A stretch of 64,000 bases of DNA from Octopus sinensis (taxonomy: Eukaryota): contig NC_043015.1 in assembly GCF_006345805.1 (NCBI RefSeq), positions 5,332,001-5,396,000 of the forward strand. Reading direction: 5' to 3'. The notes under the pieces were generated by a model. The model worked only from the letters and a program-made list of their open reading frames with translations, was not told the DNA's origin and made no database searches. This document shows positions 54,171-64,000 of the stretch, one piece after another. The stretch's first letter is position 1; each line of letters starts with the position of its first letter. The position numbers and the translations under genes were made by a program.

Positions 54171-55809
54171 ACAGTGTTTCTATGAACAATGACAGTAAAT
54201 GATTTATAACTATTTTTATTCAGAAATTCTATCCAAATTTAACCACATTAATTTTTCTAAATCTAATTTTCCGGACAAACCTAATGCGCTCTTTATTATA
54301 TGAGTTTTGAAATAGGGCAAAACATAAGAAAAGTGTATGATTCAACCGTCTAAATCCACTGAAAGATATGCTACATGAACGCTGATATAATTTGTCCTAA
54401 TACATAAAATATTTTTCTCAAAATTTAATGTGGTCAATCTCCGTTTTATAAATTCCTCTGCAATCGTTTTAAAATAATTTCATATAGAATTTTCGAGAAT
54501 TATACTAAGAAGTAAATTGCATATTCTAAAGTTAACCAGAATAAACAGCTCTAATACATCTTAATAATTCTGTGTATATACTTACAAGTCATTGACTTTA
54601 ATGCTAACAATTTTATGTCGGTAATTTAACGTCAATCCACTGACTGAAATGAAGAAGTAAATATATGTTTATATGTAATTTAGAGTTACCTCCAAGAATT
54701 TTTAGAACTTTTGCAAGATTTAAAATGTATTTACTTTCATACCTTACAGGATAAATAATATCTCATGATGCCAAAAATTAATCAAACTATTTATTACGAA
54801 TTCCATTCTCTTTTGGCTTCTGTCCATTAATTTCATTATTATAATAGATTTCCATTTGAAATGACATACTTTTAGCTCACATTACTTTGTGAAATACTTT
54901 ATACGCATATAGCATACTATGAAAAAGATGGGAATATATTTCCCGAAATAATTTGCCAAAATGCGTCACGTCAATGCTGTATCTTCGTCGTATTTCCAAA
55001 CATAAAATCCACTTAGAAAATTCTTGAAGCCTACAGCTACTAGTAGTCTATAAATCTATGAAAATTATTTGGAGGAAATAAAGTTTTCCGTATTATATAA
55101 ATGTATATGGATGTTTTAAAAATGTTTGTTAATTAATAATAACCTAAATGCTCACGATATATTTTATATCCTGATTTAGTTGCAGAGACTAATAGAAAGT
55201 TATTTTTGGTAAATCTTCATGTGAATATATTAGTTAATCATAACTTATACAGGTCACAAACCAAAATACTTTGATTTTTCTGACGAATATTCTCTATACA
55301 TATTTTCTTTTACTTCTAATGTACTTAAAATCTACGGATCAAAGCAGCAAGTAGTAATTGCTTTTTCACCACTTTTCGCATTTTTTTTCTGCTTTCTGTA
55401 ATCGGTCCTCCATTGCTGTCTAAAATACCAATCTACATCAAATGTTGAAGTTTTTCTTACTGAATGAATAAACATTTATATCACAAGCTAAACTTTATAT
55501 TTGAAGCTAAAATATACATACACACATTTGTACGTACAAATTTACTACGTGACTATCGTAATCCGGATCAACTTAACGCTGATTTTCTGTAACTGGTAAG
55601 CACCATCATTTCCTATGACACCATCACCCGACCGGCTGCATTTCTCCATTTCTCTGTATTCTTTTCTTGGCAAGGTGACCAATCTTCCCCCCCACTGGGG
55701 TGTTTTTGAGTGATTGCTCTACATATAATAATCAAGTATATTTGTCCAAGAAATGAAGACTCGAATCAAAACCCTTGGTATATTTCTTTTATTTTTTTAT
55801 CTTTAAAAT

Positions 55810-55857
55810 CATGTGTGCATACGTGAATGTGTATGTGCGTATGTGTGTGTATGCGTG

Positions 55858-55923
<66 letters not shown>

Positions 55924-55930
55924 TGTGTAT
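55810..55930. repeat. (GT)n microsatellite
   Basis: Read directly from the sequence. Confidence 0.95.
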
Positions 55931-57604
55931 GTGTCTATTTGTCTGTCATTCTGCCTATCCCTTTTCTCCGCACCGTTTCGCAATCGGTGTATTGAAACAG
56001 TATTGTGACATTTCGTGTTGGTCCATTGTTTCTGGGTGGAGAGAGGCTAAATAAGCATGCAATATATATTCGTTCTTCAATTGTTCATTATTTGATATCC
56101 ATTGGAAATCCTTCGTCACACACCTATCGCATCTTCAAGGACTTTCCATCCCACGTGAATCATGTTAAGTGTAGTCCATTCTGTCTTTCTCTGTTATGTA
56201 TCTTTTTCTGCACATGCGTTTGCCTCTGTATCTGTGTGTATCTGTGTGCATGCGTGTATGTGTACATGCCTGCATTTATTTTCTATTTGTGTTTTGTGTG
56301 TGTATATGTGTTTCTACGAGAGGCTTTTATATAATTTATATTTCTTTACTTATTTACCTCTCTATTTTCCCATTTCATCCTAAGTATGTGTATGTGTATC
56401 TTTTGTGTGTTTGTATATGGGTTTATGTATAACGCTGTTTGTATATGCGTCTCAATTTTCTTTCTCCCATTCTGCCTTCAGTTGTCATATGCCTCAGTGT
56501 GGTGGTTGGGGGATGCTATTGCTCCATTCGTGTATTCTGATGAGACTCCGTCTGTCTATTACTACATGTGTGACCTCTGTAACCTGCCGAGATGATGTGT
56601 CTATTTTATACGCCGATAATACCTGAAAATCAAAGTTATTAGCTAAGACTCAATGTTTTGATTGACCATGTTGTTAGGGCACTGAAGAGCTTTTCTCCTC
56701 TTTGAGATGCACACGATATAAAGAGATAACGGATTAAACAGAAGAGGAAGGAGCACGTGGGATGAAAGTCGCTGAAGAGGTCATAGGGACATGACGAAAT
56801 ATTTCCCTATGGACCTAAAACAAAGACAGGTGACGATCGAATATATGGGAGATAGAGAAACGTATGTATGAATGCATATGAATCCGTATGTATGCACATG
56901 TGTTTGGGAGTTCATTTGGGTATATTTATATATGTATGCAAGTTGTTGTACCTAAGTATGTATACACATGTGAGGAAGATATTATCTCTAATCATTCTCT
57001 CAATCCATAATTAACATTTCAACTATTCACAGCTGCTATGCACGTAAAACTGTCGACATATCTGCATATGAATAGGTGATAGAATAATATGCAAAGTGTA
57101 GCGAATATTGGTGCCCACAAAAATATTTCATGCGTGTGTCTCATGTCATTTGTAAATGAAACTAGATTCTCACAAATAAAAAAGATGTTATTATGGAAAA
57201 TAAAAAAAAAACTTTGGAGAAATACGTTCGAAAGAAACAACGAACATAAATACAAAAGCAGGAATTTGATACTTACCGTTGTTATAATCAAGCCGATAAG
57301 GCAATTTTACCATTTTACCATTATCAAGACGAATACATGACATAGGAAAAAAAAAGGAAAAAGAGAAACTACCCTGTTGGAAATGCAGAAAAAAAAGAAA
57401 AGAATATAAATCTGCAATAACAAAAGAGGAAAACAATAATAATTGAATAAAATAGGAAGACGTGCATATGTTCTACTTAAATGTAATCGTTTCCATTCCA
57501 AGAAATTGCAACATTATACTATAACACTTCCGAGAGAATTGCTTGTCATCCGATTTTACTTGTGAGGAATGGCAGTAGGAAAGAAGAAATGCAAAAAATA
57601 AGAT

Positions 57605-57607
57605 ATA

Positions 57608-57691
<84 letters not shown>

Positions 57692-57704
57692 CTGTATATG
57701 TATA

Positions 57705-57739
<35 letters not shown>

Positions 57740-57782
57740 GAATGTATATATATATGTGAATATGAAATTTTGTGTGTTTCTC

Positions 57783-57855
<73 letters not shown>

Positions 57856-57960
57856 GTGTGTGTATGTGTGCGGCATTATATATATACACCTACACATATA
57901 CATATAAAAAGGATCTGATTATATATATGCATGTATATACCCCTAAATATATATATGCAT
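57605..57960. repeat. (TA)/(CT) compound microsatellite
   Basis: Read directly from the sequence. Confidence 0.95.
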
Positions 57961-58249
57961 ACATTCATACCAATAAGTACTTGCTTGTGGAATAGTGCAA
58001 GAATATGATTGTGATGTAGATGCGTGTGTCGTGCGCGCAAAAGCATATAGGAATAAAACACGACACATAAGCACACATAAATAGTTGCGAAGTGAGTAAA
58101 AGACATGCTTCTGTGTTCATCAGTGAATAACCTATTGGCAAAAGACAATGAGTTCCATTGAAATGCAGACAATAAATTTGGATGAAAAATACAAAAGATG
58201 AAGAACAAAAAAGAAAACACGAAACCAAAAAAAGAAACATACGAGAAAG

Positions 58250-58292
58250 AATAATAATGATAATGATAATAATAATAATTTTAATAATAGTA

Positions 58293-58337
<45 letters not shown>

Positions 58338-58391
58338 GTAATAGTAATAATACTAATAATAATGATGATAATAATAATAATAATAAAAATG

Positions 58392-58425
<34 letters not shown>

Positions 58426-58465
58426 TAATAATAATAATAATAATAAAAATAATAATAATAATGAT

Positions 58466-58502
<37 letters not shown>

Positions 58503-58597
58503 TTAATAATAATGATAATAATAATAATAATAATAATAATGATAATAATATTAATAATAATAATATGATAATAATAATAATAATAATAATAATAATC

Positions 58598-58672
<75 letters not shown>

Positions 58673-58700
58673 TAATAAAAATGATAATAATAATAATAAA
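58250..58700. repeat. (AAT)n microsatellite
   Basis: Read directly from the sequence; it gives spurious poly-Ile and poly-Leu ORFs. Confidence 0.95.
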
Positions 58701-59139
58701 AAGAATAAAAAACGAGGATGGTGAAAACGAGATAGATGGAGAAAAACTATAGACGCAACGAGGAGGAATTGACAACTACGACAACGACGATGAGAGAGAC
58801 GATTTGCTGGCAAAGTAAGTAATAATCGGTAATGATAAGATATCGTCTGAGTTTGAAGGGTTACAGTATAGTGTTATCTTCTTAGTACGATATTGTTATC
58901 ACCTCTTGACATTCACATTACAGTTTTCTATTACAGCGCACAAAAGACAGACAGGTTTTTCTAAGAAAGCGATAAACATAATTTTCTACTTTTACGATCC
59001 GTCCATACTTTCTAATTTCGCGTTAAACCGTTAAAACAGCAAGCAAATGCAGAGAAGCACCGTTAGCTAGGAGACTTTACCAAATTCAATTGAAGTTTTA
59101 TAGGTGCTATAGAAGAATATATGCAGAGTGGATGATTAA

Positions 59140-59254
59140 AATATATATATGCATGCATATACATGCATATAAATACATCTGAATATATATATGTATATAT
59201 ATGTAATTATATATGCATATATATATACACATATAAACATATACATGTATATAT

Positions 59255-59296
<42 letters not shown>

Positions 59297-59489
59297 CATA
59301 CGCACATACACACGCATATATATATACACACATTTACACACATATATATAAGCATATGTACATACACATCTATAGATACACAAAAAGTGTATATATATAT
59401 AATAGTACATATATGTATATGTCAGTATGGATAAACGATCTCTAAACGTATATGCATACTAACATACGTACATTTATTTATATACATAT

Positions 59490-59531
<42 letters not shown>

Positions 59532-59597
59532 ATATATATATATGCATATATATGCATATATATGTATGTATATATGTATGCATCTATATATGTATGC

Positions 59598-59641
<44 letters not shown>

Positions 59642-59810
59642 CATATGCTCGTATACGTATATTCGTGTGTGACTGTGTATGTGTATGGGGGTATTAATGT
59701 ATATCTATATATGTGTTTGTATATGTGCGTGTGTATATATATACATATATGTGTGAGTGTGTGTTTATATATATATGTATGCATGTATGTGTGTATAAGT
59801 GTATGAATGC
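59140..59810. repeat. (TA)/(CA)/(GT) low-complexity array
   Basis: Read directly from the sequence. Confidence 0.9.
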
Positions 59811-60369
59811 ACATATTTCTTTTACAGGTGTGGGTAAATCGGTACGCTTTATGCATTGAATGAATTATTGCAATTGTTTTTAGTGTATTTTGTTTCAAAT
59901 GGTCTGAGGTGCCATTTGTTTCACTGCTATGGCAAGGTCAATAATTACTCTCTTTGGTATGTGATAAATGCAAATGTACCATTTACACCGTCACCTTAAC
60001 TTTATGCCTGCTAGGTCTCTGCACAATATATCATTGCACGGAAATAAATTTGAATGATGATATGTATATTATGAATATTTATATATAAGAAATGTTGGTA
60101 TGGTGATACATACTGGAAAATACAGAACTTCAAATATGATTATATGCCTATTGTTATTAATATTTTGGTGAAGCATCAGAGTGATGCAAGAGCAGAGAGG
60201 TTCGTGTGTTGGCACTTATATAAACTTACAGCTCTTCAGCTTGCAACTTATATAATCCCGTAGCTCTTCCTACTGTAACTAGTTTGATAATTGCCAATGG
60301 AAGAAACTTTCGGTTGTTGAGTCATTCTGTTGCTTCTGCCAAATATTAATAAAAAATATATATTAGTAA

Positions 60370-60518
60370 TATGTGTATGGTAAGAAGCTTGAATTCTAAC
60401 CATATAGTTCTGGGTTCAGTCTCACTGTATCAGAACTTGGGCATATGTTTTCCGCTGCCTCGGGCCTACCAAAACCTTGTGAATATATTTTGTTAAAGGA
60501 AACTGAAAGCCCGTCGTG

Positions 60519-60551
<33 letters not shown>

Positions 60552-60733
60552 GTGTGTGTGTTAAATTATTATTAGATTTTTCTAATTTTTTCTACGTATG
60601 ATATTGCTGCTGCTACTACAACTACTTCTGCTGCTGCTAATGATAAGAAAACACGGGGGCCCCTGTATGAAGATTAGTGGTTAAAAACAAATATATAAAA
60701 CAAACATTGAAAAAAATAAAAAATCTAATAATT

Positions 60734-60772
<39 letters not shown>

Positions 60773-61020
60773 CATACATACATATATATATGACTATGGG
60801 TATGTCTGTGTTTGTTCCGCACTCCTACATTACTGTATTTGCGAACCAGTGTTGGTGTGTTTATGTCCCAATGATCTAGCGATTCAGCAAGAGAAGACAA
60901 TGAAATAAGCGCTCGGCTTAAGAAATACGTCCTGGGGACGATTTGCCCGTGTAAAACCCTTCAAGGTGATGTTCCAGCATGAGCACTGGCAAATTAAGTG
61001 AAACAATCAAAAGATAAGAT
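60370..61020 (+). mobile_element. Old family B SINE with a ~170-bp insert in its internal microsatellite
   Basis: 5' half at 60370-60520 and 3' half at 60800-61020; the insert at 60563-60735 has 14-bp inverted ends. Confidence 0.75.
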
Positions 61021-61399
61021 AAAAGATGCACAAATATTTTCACGCTATTTCTGAACAGGGCGAGAATATATATTCATTGGAGAGTGAAGCAGATAATCTA
61101 TAGATAATTGCGTGTAAATATTATGCTTATAAATCTTTAGATACAAAATTCAAAGGTTACTCGTATCACTTGTATCCACCATTGAACAAAACCTATCCTT
61201 CGAATCTCTCCGTTTATAGGATTTCATGCCGCTGATAAGAATAATTGTTCTAAAATGGATACAGGTATTCGAACGATTAATTCCTCTAATGAAACCTCTT
61301 ATTATTACATTATGTGACCCGAGTTTTGCTTATAGCTTTTCTGTTTCGTGATTCAACTTTCCGAAAAATGCTACTTCATATTCTCCTGTCCAATAGTTT

Positions 61400-61421
61400 G
61401 TAACTTCAAACACACACACAC

Positions 61422-61452
<31 letters not shown>

Positions 61453-61497
61453 AGCGCGTGCGTAACTGTATATATGTATGTATATATATATATATAT

Positions 61498-61528
<31 letters not shown>

Positions 61529-61532
61529 TTAT

Positions 61533-61563
<31 letters not shown>

Positions 61564-61638
61564 TATATTTATATATATATATTATTTATATATATATATA
61601 TTATATATATATATACATATTTATAATGCAAGTATATA

Positions 61639-61685
<47 letters not shown>

Positions 61686-61808
61686 ATAAATATATGTGTA
61701 CATATTTATATATGTAAATATATATATATATGTGTGTATATATATATTTATATAATTTATATGTATATATATATATATATGTATATAATTTCATGTATAT
61801 ATATATAT

Positions 61809-61860
<52 letters not shown>

Positions 61861-61900
61861 ATATATATATATACATATACATACATACGTACGTATATAA
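61400..61900. repeat. (GT)n/(TA)n microsatellite array
   Basis: Read directly from the sequence. Confidence 0.95.
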
Positions 61901-63022
61901 GAATGTATACAATCTGGCTTTCCACAGGCTTCCGATAAACAATTCTCTAATGCTTGTGTTCTTTGTCTGCAGGATGTTGCAGTGTAGTATGGTTTCTAAA
62001 TCAAGCATTACGCTATATAACAAAAATATTTTACATTTTCGTTTTATATCCTGAAGAGTTTTATTTCTCAATATAATCTTCCTAATATCTAGAAGCGATC
62101 TTGATTCTCTCGAAATTTTGCTATTGTGATGTCGGTTATAACTTCAAATTTCTCTCTGTAAAGAACTTTTCGGATACAGATAAATTCTTTCATCTGTAGT
62201 TGATAGAATTGTTCATTTTTTTACTTTAGCGAAATTTGAAAAACAAATTTCTGAGATATTGAATATTATATAAATGCCAAATTCTTAAGCGTATCATTTC
62301 AATTTTGTTGCGACTACCTAAGTAGATAGCACTATCGTTATTATCACAGTATATGCGAAACTGTTACATTCATCTGACTCATTCATTTTGCCAATCTGTG
62401 AAGTCAAGATTGAAAAAAATATGCTATGACAGCATTACTTAATATGTTTGAGGGTTGCATGATTTAATATACCCTCCCATGTGGACCAACAACAAAACTC
62501 GGTAACTCGTTTTGGCCATGAGAATACTGACCGAGGGGAAAAAATAAAAGACGAATGTATATTGCAGGGAAGTTATTCATTTTCATTCCCTGAAAACTTA
62601 AAATTCATGTTATGGCAACCGAACAGAATACTGAAAGTTTTCATACAAATATAGTGTCCCAGGTAAAATATATTCGTTTTTTGTTAATAAATATTTGTGT
62701 ATGTTGGAAGGTTCTTTGGTAGAAAGTTACCGAATGGAATAAACATTTCTGCACTGCATCATGCACTAACAAAATGCATAAGGTCTCTAACCCTTTAGCT
62801 TCTTAATGATTATTTTGAAAAATGCGAGGTTTGCCTATGACAGTACTCTAATACATAGAGGGTGACAGTAACAATTATTGTAAATATCACCTACCAAAAA
62901 CGCTGTTTTCATTGCTAAACAGCCCATTTCCAGCATGCCTTTGCCAATAATATTGACCTGTTAGAAAGCACTGAAAATGAACGGATAAAGACTTCATGAA
63001 GTTGACACCTTCAAGTAATTAG

Positions 63023-63605
63023 GATTCACTTTGAACAAAGACGGCAGATCTCAAAAGGAGAAAGCAACAAATTCTGTGTAGCGTCTGTTGCCGTGACGAA
63101 ACTGAAGACAATATGGAGAACCAAATCCATTAGTTTTCCACAAAGACTCAGAGTGTGCAAAAGTGCGGTTACTTCGATCCTTGTGTATCGATTTGAAAGA
63201 TGGACTCTTCCAGTGGAGTGAAATATCCGAGTATTTGAGCATACGTGATTCAGATGGCTGCGCACGTCCTGCACAGAACACAAAACAAACAGTTTTGTCG
63301 AGCAGGAAATCTACAAATATGCTGGCAGACAGGAATTAATCCTTGCGCTAGTAAAGAGACAAATGCTTGCCTGGTACGGTCATGTATTCGGCCAACTATT
63401 TGTCCAAAATCATTTTTCAAAGCACGGTGGAGGGAGAGCGAAAGAGAGGCACACAAACAAAAACTTGGTTTGACAACATCAAGAATTGAACAGGTGAACA
63501 AACACCGAACCTGCTGCGCGTTACAGAGAAAAGAGACCAGTGGCGAGGCTGACATCGTGAGCGTCTTGAGTGGAACCACAAAGACAGGATATTGCTGATG
63601 ATCTA
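63023..63605 (+). mobile_element. Decayed RTE-clade LINE 3' fragment
   Basis: LKTIWRTKSISF..SILVYRFERWTL..IRVFEH..EHKTNSFV..LVKRQMLAWYGHV..G.VEG..KRG..KTWFDNIKN, resembling the RTE RT C-terminus. Confidence 0.85.
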
Positions 63606-64000
63606 ATGTTACATTAGAAAAGAACAGTGTACATATTGGGGCCGATATGTTCCACTGTAACCGTTCAATGTGTTGCCCCATTATAGCTGCACTGTAGGGA
63701 CAGTAACAAGTAAAATATACAAGATATGTATTTATAGGTATGTTCATATATGTAAGTGCGTATGTATGCGTCGTTGTACATGTGAGGTTGTCTGTGTGAC
63801 GTAATGTGTCGCAACCTCATCAGACCATCCGCATTTTAGAAAAAGCTATTTACATTTTGTTCACAGGACGCTAATATGGATGTCGCACATGGTCGTGGCC
63901 CCTATATTTTAAAGGACGCTTGGTTAAATTTACGAGAACACCTTGGCAGTATGAAAAGGTAAAAGGCAAATTGCTCAATTGTATGTTGCCGTTTATACAA

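Noticed and set aside
55345-55460. Minus-strand peptide TFDVDWYFRQQWR resembling a Cys-loop receptor motif
   Set aside because: The similarity stops immediately and no other receptor exons were found.
56765-56830. CTGAAGA followed by a ggtcataggga/tccctatggacc hairpin
   Set aside because: G12 is missing (TAAA) and stems I and III cannot be formed.
57965-58813. 282-aa ORF that looks like a signal peptide or membrane protein
   Set aside because: Translation of (AAT)n and neighbouring simple repeats.
60210-60315. Minus-strand segment with good splice sites and an in-frame TGA (possible selenocysteine or readthrough)
   Set aside because: No SECIS-like structure or recognisable protein seen; more simply a pseudo-exon.
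61422-62054. 210-aa ORF, and all similar YI/CV/HT-rich ORFs in the track
   Set aside because: Dinucleotide repeats lack stop codons; there is no coding signal.

Overview
This is very AT-rich, microsatellite-dense animal genomic DNA. The SINE repertoire suggests an octopus (inference, not verified). No intact protein-coding gene, rRNA, true tRNA or CRISPR array is supported, and most ORF-track entries are artefacts of (TA)n, (CA)n, (CATA)n, (GATA)n, (CAT)n and (AAT)n tracts. The window contains four families of tRNA-derived SINEs (called A-D here), R4/Dong-like and RTE LINE fragments, a Gypsy gag remnant, mariner/pogo remnants and several Penelope-like element (PLE) fragments. One PLE 3' end (29.6-31.0 kb, minus strand) keeps its GIY-YIG endonuclease and an intact type I hammerhead ribozyme. 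The most striking feature is at 36.48-37.34 kb, where the hammerhead segment of that PLE family occurs four times in a palindrome of palindromes (-,+,-,+), inserted in the (TA)n of a SINE. Either strand would self-cleave to release essentially the same ~382-nt, almost fully base-paired RNA carrying hammerheads in both polarities; an assembly artefact is not excluded. Scattered stop-interrupted plus-strand frames with PKD-domain-like motifs hint at a large decayed polycystin-1-like gene (low confidence).
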